Origin: an uncultured Lachnospiraceae bacterium
Lineage (GTDB): Bacteria; Bacillota; Clostridia; Lachnospirales; Lachnospiraceae
Direction: 5' to 3'
NCBI GenBank assembly: GCA_945868435.1
Contig: CAMBLG010000008.1
Span: 14,894-78,893, forward strand
Length of the DNA: 64,000 nt
Below the pieces are notes generated by a model. It did no database searches, had not been told where the DNA came from, and was given only the letters and a program-made list of their open reading frames with translations. This document shows, piece by piece, positions 1 to 9,287 of this stretch (positions are counted from its first letter, which is position 1; each line of letters opens with the position of its first letter). Both the position numbers and the translations under genes were made by a program.

Positions 1-1887
1 CTCCATGGCAAATCGTCCCATAGTCCGGCGATACTGTTCATAAACCTCAGGACATTTGTCCTTGGAGGCGATGATATTGTTGTATAGAATTGCCATCTTC
101 TTATATGGCAATGTACTGTCATACTGAAAATACATCTGTATGATCTTCGGCACCGGAACAATTCCACGCTCATCGAAGGACAACAGATACGCCTCATACA
201 GGCTTGTAATGCGAAGTTCCAGTTCGATGCCCTTCTCAAACCATACATGGTACTGCTTATCAAATTTCTGAGCCTTGATCAGATAGCTGCAGATCATCCC
301 GACATACTCCGGCTTCGGATCCACCTCGTATGCGGAAAGAAGCAGAGTAAACTGCACCTCATCAAAGCCTTTTCCAAACTCTACTATCTGAAAAATCTGG
401 GCCGCCAGATCTTTGTTCAAGGCACGTCTTCTCACTGCCCACCGCAAAATCCGAAGTTCAAAGGCACCCAGCTTCGTCAACAGATACGGATCCTGACAGA
501 TGAGATAATAAGCTTCCAGATACAGATACGGAGATGTGCATCCCTTCATCACCCAGTACTCAATCGCCTTCAGCTTGTGGGCACTGTTGTTGTAATACTC
601 TTCCTCAAGGAAAGAAAGTACCCAGAATAAGAGCACCGAATCCGGATTCTCGTGAAAGATCAGTTCAATCTCCCTCGTCATTCTATCTACATAAGACGGT
701 TCCCGCTCCATCAGCGTCATAATATACAGATAATATCCCCAAACCGGTGATCGGCGATCCGGCCATTCTCTTCGAAAGTCTTCTAATATCCACTCTGCCT
801 CCTGACGCTGGCGGTTAATATGCAATGCCTGCGCCTTCATGAGCAGGTACATTGGCTCGTCCGGATCCAGTGCATGGAGATGATTCAGAATATCCACCGT
901 CTCGTTGGCCCACACCCCCGTCACAATACGCTTTAGACGGTATGCCTGATACAGTTCCATAATGCCGACCTTGCATTCCTTGATCTGCGCACGCACACTG
1001 TCAGAGCGGTCTGTCAGCGGCCCCTTGTGTGCAGACACCTCAAGATACAGAGTCTCATATGTGCCTCGAAAACAAATGCGGCCATAATTCCACCCTGCAT
1101 GCATCTGATCATAATCCACCAGATACTTGTATGTATAGCTGCTGCCAAGGAAATCATCCGTTGTAATCGCATCATCAGACAGACGGATAAAATCTGCATC
1201 TGTGGAGATCCGAACGGAAACGTATCCCCACTCATTCTTGCGGATCACAGCCTCCTGCTGGCTTGTCTCCGTCAGTTCCCGAATACAGCAGCCTGTCTGT
1301 TCCAGACTGATATGCACCGGATTCTTCTTCTGAATGCCTACCAGAAATTCCTCCATGTTCTGCTGAGAGGGCTTGGCACTTACAATCCCCCGATAGATCA
1401 TGGCTTCCTTCTGTTCCTTGGCGTTAATGATATTGGAAAAACCTTTATGATAGAATAACTGGTACGCCTCGCTCCATTTCTCTTTAGCCAGACAGGTAAA
1501 GTCATACAGACTCCGTATGGTTCCCATGGTACTTTCCGCGTACAGCTTGGAAACGGACACATCAAAAGAAAGGCTCCTCTCCTCCTGCTCACAGACAATC
1601 ACAAAGTCGCCGGTTTCCACATCGCCTTCCACAAGGCCTTTGCTATGAAATTGATACCGAATCCGTACCTCTTCTCCTTCGAACTGGGGAGTCAGACACT
1701 CCATACGCGGGCTGGTGGAATAGACCAGGCCCCGAACCTGTACATGATTGCTGCTGGTAATCGTAAAACTGCCGGAATACTCCTGTCCCTCTGTCACCTG
1801 CAGCTTCAGTTCCTCCTCAGAAAGAGAAATAAGCGGTTTCTCATAATCAAATCTTCCTCTGGCAATCTGCCTGATTCGTTTCCGCAC
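1..1887 (-). CDS. Large hypothetical protein, DUF5717-like; 3' end runs off the window
   Basis: Absent from the ORF track because its stop lies outside the window. Manual translation from GTG at 1887 gives MRKRIRQIARGRFDYEKPLISLSEEEL..., and the same frame is open at the window edge (...DSTLPYKKMAILYNNIIASKDKCPEVYEQYRRTMGRFAME). The middle was not read codon by codon. Family name is from recollection. Confidence 0.7.
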   Translation of the reverse strand, partial: MRKRIRQIARGRFDYEKPLISLSEEELKLQVTEGQEYSGSFTITSSNHVQVRGLVYSTSPRMECLTPQFEGEEVRIRYQFHSKGLVEGDVETGDFVIVCEQEERSLSFDVSVSKLYAESTMGTIRSLYDFTCLAKEKWSEAYQLFYHKGFSNIINAKEQKEAMIYRGIVSAKPSQQNMEEFLVGIQKKNPVHISLEQTGCCIRELTETSQQEAVIRKNEWGYVSVRISTDADFIRLSDDAITTDDFLGSSYTYKYLVDYDQMHAGWNYGRICFRGTYETLYLEVSAHKGPLTDRSDSVRAQIKECKVGIMELYQAYRLKRIVTGVWANETVDILNHLHALDPDEPMYLLMKAQALHINRQRQEAEWILEDFRREWPDRRSPVWGYYLYIMTLMEREPSYVDRMTREIELIFHENPDSVLLFWVLSFLEEEYYNNSAHKLKAIEYWVMKGCTSPYLYLEAYYLICQDPYLLTKLGAFELRILRWAVRRRALNKDLAAQIFQIVEFGKGFDEVQFTLLLSAYEVDPKPEYVGMICSYLIKAQKFDKQYHVWFEKGIELELRITSLYEAYLLSFDERGIVPVPKIIQMYFQYDSTLPYKKMAILYNNIIASKDKCPEVYEQYRRTMGRFAME

Positions 1888-1953
1888 ACTTCTACCTTCT
1901 CTTACTCTAAAACGTGATATAAATATGACAATAGCGATTGTCACCCGAGAATA

Positions 1954-1982
1954 ATTATAAGATAAAACTTCCCGGGTTGCAA
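1954..1982 (-). promoter_or_regulatory. SigA-type promoter for the DUF5717-like gene
   Basis: Minus strand TTGCAA-17 bp-TATAAT. A palindrome TGACAAT-agcg-ATTGTCA lies just downstream at 1926-1943. Confidence 0.55.
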
Positions 1983-1999
1983 CCGCTACACCTTGAATT

Positions 2000-4417
2000 T
2001 TATGATTCTTCCGACACCTTATGATGGAGAAGCCGGATTTTTCCATAGCTCCATTCCACGAAACGACTCAGGTATCGAAGTGTTGGCTCCGTAATAATTG
2101 CAAATACGATCATCAACATTGCACACTGCTTGGATATGCTTGTAATCGCAAAGAAATGACTGACAAAGAGCATACAGAACAGCCATCCTCCCACCAACCC
2201 CACCATCATGATCACATGGCTGGCCTTCATCGGCTGCGCGATCCGGTACAGAATCATAAAGCCAACGATTGCCACCAGTATGGTGCAGGATGTGGATAAA
2301 CATTCGGGATCCACGGAAAACTCCCTGCAGAACACCACAAGCCCGCTTACCACAAGAAAATCCGTAAGACCTGCCGGAAGCGCCTTCACCAGCACATTGG
2401 TGAGAAAATGTCCTTTGATAATGTCATGATTCGGCTCCAATGCCAGAATAAAGGACGGAATACCGATGGTAAACATACTGATCAATGTCACCTGTGACGG
2501 CTCCAACGGATATCCCAGCATTAATATGACGGAGAAAATTGCCAAAAGCATTGAAAAAATGTTCTTCACAATATACAAAGAAGCACTTCTTTGTATATTG
2601 TTGACCACCCGACGCCCCTCCGCAACAACCGAAGGCATACGGGCAAAATCAGAATCCATCAGCACAAGCTGTGACACGTTGGACGCCGCATCACTTCCGC
2701 TGGCCATGGCAACACTGCAATCGGCATCCTTTAACGCCAGCACATCATTGACGCCGTCTCCGGTCATTGCAACCGTCTTCCTGTGCTTCTTAAGTGCCTG
2801 CACAAGCTGACGTTTCTGGGTCGGAGTCACACGTCCAAACACCATATATTCCTCCACCGCTTTATAGTAATCACTCTGAGCCTTAAGCGTAGAAGCATCT
2901 ACATACTTCTCAGCCCCTGCAATTCCCGCTTCTTTCGCGATCACAGACACCGTCAGCGGATTATCTCCAGAAATCACCTTGATATCCACACCATTCCCTG
3001 CAAAATATTGGAAGGTTTCCTTTGCACCGGAGCGGATCGGATTGGCAAGCATCACAAACGCCATGGGCGTTACCGGTTCGGTCAACGGTTTTTTTGATAA
3101 CGTTCCCTCGTATTCGCCAAATACAAGCACCCGGTATCCCATACTGCTGTATGCCTTAATCTGCTCCTGGTATTCCGCAAGCTGGCTCCGCAAAACAAAC
3201 TCCGGTGCCCCCAGCACATAGGGTGTTCCCTCTAACACCGCACCGGAAAACTTGGTCTCAGAAGAAAAAGAAAATACTTCCTGCGCTCTCACACCATGCC
3301 CCCTGTCAAAATGCTTTTGCATGGCCTCCATGGTTGCGTTATCCGTATTCTGTGCCGCCACAAAATCCGAAAGCACCGCAAAGGTTTCTTCCTCCTCCAG
3401 ACCGTCCAGCGCTTCAAATGCATAGACATGCATACCCGGCTCTGTAATGGTTCCGGTCTTATCTACGCACAGCACATTGACCCGCGCCAGTGTCTCGATG
3501 CACTTCATGTCATGAACCAATACCTTTTTCTTGGCCAGACGCATGACAGAGACCGCCATAGCCACACTGGCCAGTAAATATAACCCTTCCGGTATCATTC
3601 CGATGATTGCCGCGACCATTCCGGTAACGGAATCCCGAAGCGTCTCCTCATTGTACAGAAACGCCTGCACAAACAATGCGATTCCAATGGGAATGATGAT
3701 AATCCCCATCACCATGATCAGATAATTCAGGGAACGGATCATCTCCGACTGCTCCCCCTTTTTGCTCTTAGTAGCCTGAAGTGTCAGCTTTGATATATAG
3801 GAATCTTTTCCCACCTTGGTCAATCTTGCATACGCATTTCCGGATACAACAAAGCTTCCGGACAAAAGCTGGCTTCCCACATCCTTACTGATTTCATCGG
3901 ATTCTCCTGTAATCAGAGACTCATTGACCTGAAGAGTTCCCTTCACAACGGTTGCGTCTGCCGGAATCTGACTTCCCGCAGAAAAAATAACGATGTCATC
4001 CAGCACCAGTTGTTCCGCCCTTACCTGCTGCTTTTTTCCATCCCGCACAACCATACATTTGGGTGCGTTCAGAATGGATAGACGATCCAGCACCTTCTTA
4101 GAATGAATCTCCTGAACAATACCAATACAGGTGTTAGCCACGATCACGGGCAGAAACGTCATATCCCTCCATGCCCCCACCATAGCCAATAACACTGCAA
4201 TAATTGCAAACACAAGGTTAAAGTATGTCAGGACATTGGATTTAATGATTTCCGCTACCGATTTGGTGGAAGATTCCACCTTGTAATTATCTGCATGGGC
4301 AGCAAAGCGCACCTCCACCTCTTCCCTGGTCAGTCCCGTCTCCGGCTCTGCCTCAACACGGGAGAAGGTAACTTCCTCCATATTCTCCTGTTCCTGTTGT
4401 TTTGTTCTATCTCTCAT
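2000..4417 (-). CDS. Cation-translocating P-type ATPase (CtpE-like)
   Basis: DKTGTIT phosphorylation motif, TGES, IPEGL, TGDGVND, multiple TM helices. Confidence 0.93.
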   Translation of the reverse strand: MRDRTKQQEQENMEEVTFSRVEAEPETGLTREEVEVRFAAHADNYKVESSTKSVAEIIKSNVLTYFNLVFAIIAVLLAMVGAWRDMTFLPVIVANTCIGIVQEIHSKKVLDRLSILNAPKCMVVRDGKKQQVRAEQLVLDDIVIFSAGSQIPADATVVKGTLQVNESLITGESDEISKDVGSQLLSGSFVVSGNAYARLTKVGKDSYISKLTLQATKSKKGEQSEMIRSLNYLIMVMGIIIIPIGIALFVQAFLYNEETLRDSVTGMVAAIIGMIPEGLYLLASVAMAVSVMRLAKKKVLVHDMKCIETLARVNVLCVDKTGTITEPGMHVYAFEALDGLEEEETFAVLSDFVAAQNTDNATMEAMQKHFDRGHGVRAQEVFSFSSETKFSGAVLEGTPYVLGAPEFVLRSQLAEYQEQIKAYSSMGYRVLVFGEYEGTLSKKPLTEPVTPMAFVMLANPIRSGAKETFQYFAGNGVDIKVISGDNPLTVSVIAKEAGIAGAEKYVDASTLKAQSDYYKAVEEYMVFGRVTPTQKRQLVQALKKHRKTVAMTGDGVNDVLALKDADCSVAMASGSDAASNVSQLVLMDSDFARMPSVVAEGRRVVNNIQRSASLYIVKNIFSMLLAIFSVILMLGYPLEPSQVTLISMFTIGIPSFILALEPNHDIIKGHFLTNVLVKALPAGLTDFLVVSGLVVFCREFSVDPECLSTSCTILVAIVGFMILYRIAQPMKASHVIMMVGLVGGWLFCMLFVSHFFAITSISKQCAMLMIVFAIITEPTLRYLSRFVEWSYGKIRLLHHKVSEES

Positions 4418-4553
4418 GCACTCACCAACTCTTATGTATTTTGCTTACGGTTCGCAACCTATTATACCCGATTTAAAGGCAAAATTTACCTGTTTTGTTC
4501 ATCTTTAATAATTATTTAATCTTTGCCGGAACAAATTGCTTCCGTAACAGCGC

Positions 4554-4582
4554 AAAAAAGAGCGGCACAAGCCGCTCTCTTT
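4554..4582 (-). terminator. Intrinsic terminator after nfnB
   Basis: GAGCGGC-ttgt-GCCGCTC hairpin followed by a T run on the minus strand. Confidence 0.8.
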
Positions 4583-4594
4583 GCATACATTTCT

Positions 4595-5980
4595 TTATTT
4601 CGCTGACAAATACTCGTGAATTCCCTTTGCTGCTGCCTTTCCTGCACCCATAGCAAGAATAACGGTGGCTGCACCGGTCACAGCATCTCCGCCGGCATAT
4701 ACAGCTGCCTTACTGGTTGCACCGGTATCCTCAGTCGCAACGATACACTTGCGACGGTTGACCTCCAGACCCTCAGTAGTGGAAGAAATCAACGGGTTTG
4801 GTGAAGTTCCCAAAGACATGATTACGGTGTCACACTTGATCTCATACTCGGAACCCGGAATCTCTACCGGGCTGCGGCGTCCGGACTCATCCGGCTCACC
4901 CAGTTCCATCTTGATAATCTTGATTCCCTTCACCCAGCCGTTCTCATCTACAAGAATCTCGGTCGGATTCTGAAGAAGGTCAAAAATGATACCCTCTTCC
5001 TTTGCGTGGTGAACCTCTTCCTTACGTGCCGGAAGCTCCTCCTCGCCACGACGATATACGATATGTGTCTCAGCACCGAGACGAAGTGCCGTACGCGCTG
5101 CATCCATTGCCACATTACCACCGCCGACAACAACAACCTTCTTGCCACGTGTGATTGGGGTCTCATACCCCTCCTCAAAGGCCTTCATCAGGTTATTTCT
5201 GGTCAGGTACTCGTTGGCCGAGAATACGCCATTGGCCTGCTCTCCCGGAATTCCCATAAATCTTGGAAGACCGGCTCCTGAACCAATAAATACGGCCTCA
5301 AAGCCCTCTTCTGCCATCAGCTCGTCAATCTTCACAGACTTACCGATGACCACATTGGTTTCAATCTTAACACCTAAGGCCTTAACATTCTCCACTTCAG
5401 CCGCAACTACCTTGTCCTTCGGCAGACGGAACTCCGGAATTCCGTAGCTCAATACGCCACCGGCACGGTGAAGTGCCTCAAAAATCGTCACATCATAGCC
5501 AAGCTTCGCGAGATCTCCCGCACAGGTCAATCCTGCAGGGCCGGAACCGATCACTGCAACCTTATGTCCGTTCATGGATTCTGCCTTCTTCGGCTTAATT
5601 CCATTCTCCCTTGCCCAGTCAGCAACAAAGCGCTCCAGCTTACCGATGGCAACCGGATCCCCCTTAATTCCACGGATACATTTGCCCTCACACTGGCTCT
5701 CCTGCGGACATACACGACCACAGACTGCCGGAAGTGCCGAAGACTCCGAAATGATCTGATAAGCCGCCTCGAAATTGCGGTTTTTCACCTGCTCGATAAA
5801 TGCAGGGATATTGATGGAAACCGGGCAGCCCTTCATACACTGTGCATTTTTACAATTGAGACAACGGGAAGCCTCAGCTACAGCCTCCTCCTCGTTGTAT
5901 CCATAGCATACTTCTTCAAAGTTTGTGGCACGAACCTTTGGCTCCTGCTCACGAACCGGAACTCTCACTAATACATCCAT
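4595..5980 (-). CDS. nfnB: NfnB/SudA-type flavoprotein (glutamate synthase small-subunit homolog)
   Basis: CLNCKNAQCMKGCP and CGRVCPQESQCEGKC Fe-S motifs, GSGPAG and GGGNVA Rossmann motifs; coupled to the upstream nfnA-like gene. Confidence 0.85.
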   Translation of the reverse strand: MDVLVRVPVREQEPKVRATNFEEVCYGYNEEEAVAEASRCLNCKNAQCMKGCPVSINIPAFIEQVKNRNFEAAYQIISESSALPAVCGRVCPQESQCEGKCIRGIKGDPVAIGKLERFVADWARENGIKPKKAESMNGHKVAVIGSGPAGLTCAGDLAKLGYDVTIFEALHRAGGVLSYGIPEFRLPKDKVVAAEVENVKALGVKIETNVVIGKSVKIDELMAEEGFEAVFIGSGAGLPRFMGIPGEQANGVFSANEYLTRNNLMKAFEEGYETPITRGKKVVVVGGGNVAMDAARTALRLGAETHIVYRRGEEELPARKEEVHHAKEEGIIFDLLQNPTEILVDENGWVKGIKIIKMELGEPDESGRRSPVEIPGSEYEIKCDTVIMSLGTSPNPLISSTTEGLEVNRRKCIVATEDTGATSKAAVYAGGDAVTGAATVILAMGAGKAAAKGIHEYLSAK

Positions 5981-6870
5981 TACTTGTCACCTCCGCAATG
6001 ACCACAACCGCCGTGATGAGTATCTCCCTCTTCAAACGCCAGCTTTGCGCGGCCTTCTTCTGTCTTATACTGCTGCTGACGCTTCATTGCCTGGTCAAAA
6101 TCTACCAGATGACCATCAAACTCCGGTCCGTCAACACATGCAAATTTCACTTCATTGCCAACCACCAGACGACATGCTCCACACATTCCGGTTCCGTCTA
6201 CCATGATCGGATTCATGGAAACAATGGTCGGAATCTCAAGCTTTTTCGTCAGAAGGCAGGTAAATTTCATCATGATCATAGGTCCGATTGCAACCGCCAC
6301 ATCATAGTGCTTTCCCTCGTTGACCAAAGCCTCCAGCTGCTGGCTGCCGTTGCCGTGGAACGCGTATGACCCATCATCGGTACATACATACACATTCCCA
6401 GCAACTGCCTTCATCTCTTCCTCATAGAACAGAATGTCCTTATTGCGGAAGCCCATGATGACATCCACATCGACACCGTGCTCATGCAGCCACTTTACCT
6501 GTGGATAAACCGGTGCAGTACCAAGTCCTCCTGCGATAAACACAATATTTTTCTTTTTGGTTTCCTCAAGGTTCTCTTCCTGACAAAGCTCAGAAGGACA
6601 TCCGAGCGGTCCAACGAAATCCTCCAGGGCGTCTCCCTCCTGCAGCATCATCATGCGCTCTGTTCCCGCGCCGATTGTCTGAACCACGATGGTGACAGTC
6701 TCCTTCTCTCTGTCGTAATCACAAATAGTAAGTGGAATTCTCTCTCCCACTTCATCCGTCTTCGCAATAATGAACTGTCCCGGCAGACACTCCTTTGCTA
6801 CACGCGGAGCCTTGATATCCATCAAAATGATGTTATCTGCCAATTTTTCTCTTCGAACAATTGGATACAT
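5980..6870 (-). CDS. nfnA: NfnA/SudB-type FAD/NAD-binding 2Fe-2S subunit
   Basis: PGQF, ERIPLTI, GGLGTAP and MVDGTGMCGACR..CVDGP motifs; start moved to ATG 6870 because AGGAGG precedes it. Confidence 0.85.
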   Translation of the reverse strand: MYPIVRREKLADNIILMDIKAPRVAKECLPGQFIIAKTDEVGERIPLTICDYDREKETVTIVVQTIGAGTERMMMLQEGDALEDFVGPLGCPSELCQEENLEETKKKNIVFIAGGLGTAPVYPQVKWLHEHGVDVDVIMGFRNKDILFYEEEMKAVAGNVYVCTDDGSYAFHGNGSQQLEALVNEGKHYDVAVAIGPMIMMKFTCLLTKKLEIPTIVSMNPIMVDGTGMCGACRLVVGNEVKFACVDGPEFDGHLVDFDQAMKRQQQYKTEEGRAKLAFEEGDTHHGGCGHCGGDK

Positions 6871-6938
6871 AATTTGTCCTCCTAGCCTATGTATACTCTG
6901 ATTCCTGCGCACAAAAAGAGGTGCGCAATGCACCTCTT

Positions 6939-7013
6939 ATTGTAAAGGAAATCATAAAATTTATCAATATGTTTCTGTCGCCCCATCATATAAAAATGTT
7001 ATGGTCTTCATAA
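6939..7013 (-). promoter_or_regulatory. SigA promoter of nfnAB with two candidate Rex boxes
   Basis: TTGATA-17 bp-TACAAT at 6967-6939. Rex-like 18-mers TTGTAAAggaaATCATAA (6940-6957) and ATGTTATggtcTTCATAA (6996-7013). Confidence 0.55.
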
Positions 7014-7032
7014 TCTTACAAACAATCCACCT

Positions 7033-7977
7033 TTATGAGAAATAAACCAGTTCATCTTCCGGCTTCTGGGCCTTTTCAATCGCAACCGGATACAATACCG
7101 GTCCTTTTCCTTTATACTCTCTTGCGAATTCCACGTGAATCTCTGCGGTAATGTCAATCCACGACTTGTGAGGAAGTTCCTCTTCCCTGTCGTATTTGCA
7201 TTTAAATCCGATAAAGGTCACATCCTCGATACAGCAGGTCATAGCAAAACGCCCCGGAACAAAAATTCCCTTTTTGAGTTTCTCCGGATTATAGACCAGT
7301 GCACGGAATTTCACCTTTTTCTTCTCATACTTCTTGTAATTCTCCATGGCATCCATATACCAGATAGCATAATCCGCATCGGAGAGTTCAATGATGTCCT
7401 GATTAATGTCAAATGGCAGCTCCTCCGGCCGCTCATCAATCGTGCCATCCTTCCTCTCATAGACAATCTGCGCCTTGCGGTTGATTGCCTTGATCATACG
7501 GCGCAAACGGCCTCTGTCCGTATCGTCGTCTGTCCGGTTAAAAATGACCACATCGCTGGAAAATACCTGCTCCTGCATCATGGCACGCATATTGTTCATA
7601 TACATGTCAAAGGTCGTGGAATCCACGGTTGCAAGAGACTGGACAATCACCCATCCCTTTGGCAGCTTTGCCTCAAGAAGCTTATCCATTCCCCAGGTTC
7701 CGTTATACTCGATAAACACCTGCTCCGGCAGATATTCATCGTTGATCTGCTGCAGACGTTCTTCGGTGAAATCCTCCTCATTCTCAATGCCGGTCAGCTT
7801 GAAGTTCACGGTGGCAAGCTTTGCCTCATCGTACTCCTTCTCACCATCCTCGCACATGATGATCACACCCTTGGCGCCCTCACCAAACTCATTTTCAAAC
7901 AGGGTTTCCTGAACAAGACTGGTTTTGCCACTGTCCATGAAACCGGTAAATACATATACTGGTATCTCCTGTGCCAT
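7033..7977 (-). CDS. CobW/COG0523-like GTPase fused to a C-terminal TIGR03943/DUF1980-like domain
   Basis: FTGFMDSGKT Walker A, IEYNG, and C-terminal GRFAMTCCIED motif. Confidence 0.75.
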   Translation of the reverse strand: MAQEIPVYVFTGFMDSGKTSLVQETLFENEFGEGAKGVIIMCEDGEKEYDEAKLATVNFKLTGIENEEDFTEERLQQINDEYLPEQVFIEYNGTWGMDKLLEAKLPKGWVIVQSLATVDSTTFDMYMNNMRAMMQEQVFSSDVVIFNRTDDDTDRGRLRRMIKAINRKAQIVYERKDGTIDERPEELPFDINQDIIELSDADYAIWYMDAMENYKKYEKKKVKFRALVYNPEKLKKGIFVPGRFAMTCCIEDVTFIGFKCKYDREEELPHKSWIDITAEIHVEFAREYKGKGPVLYPVAIEKAQKPEDELVYFS

Positions 7978-8013
7978 ATCTGCTCCTTTTACCTTCTATC
8001 CTTGCAAAACGAT

Positions 8014-9144
8014 CTAGTTCAAGCCGAATAATTCCTCCAGCTCATGCTCGTGAATCTCCGTACCGATTACCACGATACGCCCGGTGTAATCCGGCTCACC
8101 CTCGCGGATCTCATACTCGCCCGGAACCATATCAAAGTAGATCCATCCGCCTTCCACATTCTCAACCATGCCCTTGGCACGAAGAATATTGTCAGACTCC
8201 GCAAATCCCTTTAATATCTCTTCGATCTTCGCGCGCTCAAACTTATGAGGCGTCTCCTTACCCCAGCTGGTGAACACATCATCTGCATGATGATGGTGGT
8301 GATGCTCATGATCATGGCAGCCGCAGGTGCAGTTTTCATCGTGCTCATGATGATGCTCATGTTCCTCCTCATGGTCGTGATCATGGTGACAGTGCTCGTC
8401 ATGGTCATGATGATGGTGCTCATGCTCTTCCTCATGGTCGTGATCATGGTGACAATGCCCGTCATGATCATGATCGTGGTGATGATGCTCATGTTCTTCC
8501 TCGTCATGAGCATGACGTGCTTCCGCCAGCGTCTTCATCTCCAGATTATCCTGTCCCTCCATGGCCTTTAAGATCTGCTCACCTTTTATTTCATCCCAAT
8601 TGGTGGTGATGATGGCAGCCTTCGGATTCAATGCCTGAATCTGCTTTACACAGAACTCCAGCTGCTCAGGGGTTGCATTCTGGCTACGGCTCAAAATTAC
8701 TGTGGTCGCATATTCGATCTGATTGTTGAAAAACTCGCCAAAGGCCTTCATCTGCTTGCTGGCCTTTAACGCATTTACAACAGTGACAAGAGCATTGAGT
8801 TTGACATCCTGCGCCTTCTCAATATCAATGACAGATTTCATGACATCCGAAAGCTTTCCCACACCGGAAGGCTCGATCAGAATTCGATCCGGATGATACT
8901 TGGTAATCACCTCATTCAGATTCTTTCCAAAATCTCCCACCAAAGAACAGCAGATACAGCCGGAATTCATCTCTGTGATCTCGATGCCCGCATCCTTCAG
9001 GAAACCGCCGTCAATGCCGACTTCACCGAACTCATTCTCGATCAGCACAATCTGCTCACCCTGAAATGCCTCATTGATCATTTTCTTGATGAACGTTGTC
9101 TTTCCGGCTCCCAGGAAACCGGAAATAATATCAATTTTCGTCAT
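8014..9144 (-). CDS. COG0523/CobW-family metallochaperone GTPase with His-rich insert
   Basis: SGFLGAGKTT, ENEFGE, GCICC, IEPSG, long His/acidic tract, CobW_C-like RAKG. Confidence 0.92.
   Translation of the reverse strand: MTKIDIISGFLGAGKTTFIKKMINEAFQGEQIVLIENEFGEVGIDGGFLKDAGIEITEMNSGCICCSLVGDFGKNLNEVITKYHPDRILIEPSGVGKLSDVMKSVIDIEKAQDVKLNALVTVVNALKASKQMKAFGEFFNNQIEYATTVILSRSQNATPEQLEFCVKQIQALNPKAAIITTNWDEIKGEQILKAMEGQDNLEMKTLAEARHAHDEEEHEHHHHDHDHDGHCHHDHDHEEEHEHHHHDHDEHCHHDHDHEEEHEHHHEHDENCTCGCHDHEHHHHHHADDVFTSWGKETPHKFERAKIEEILKGFAESDNILRAKGMVENVEGGWIYFDMVPGEYEIREGEPDYTGRIVVIGTEIHEHELEELFGLN
8287..8515 (-). repeat. Intragenic tandem repeat encoding the His-rich tract
   Basis: About 2.5 copies of EEEHEHHHHDHD(x)HCHHDHDH; DNA unit cctcatggtcgtgatcatggtgaca occurs twice. 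Confidence 0.75.
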
Positions 9145-9287
9145 AGTTATCGCTCTCCTTATCTATCATACTTTATAGCTTAGTTTGTCCAATATCGTAC
9201 CTAACGTATTCTACTCTTTTTCCATGTAAAATGCAAGAAAGAGCATCGTTCACGCTCCAGTACCCTACAGTATCGTTCAACCTGTTC

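Noticed and set aside
4595-5980. Call as glutamate synthase gltD
   Set aside because: No gltB large subunit nearby; pairing with an NfnA-like gene favours a transhydrogenase.
8211-8571. Met/Ile-rich ORFs on both strands
   Set aside because: Alternative-frame readings of the CAT/GAT-rich His repeat.
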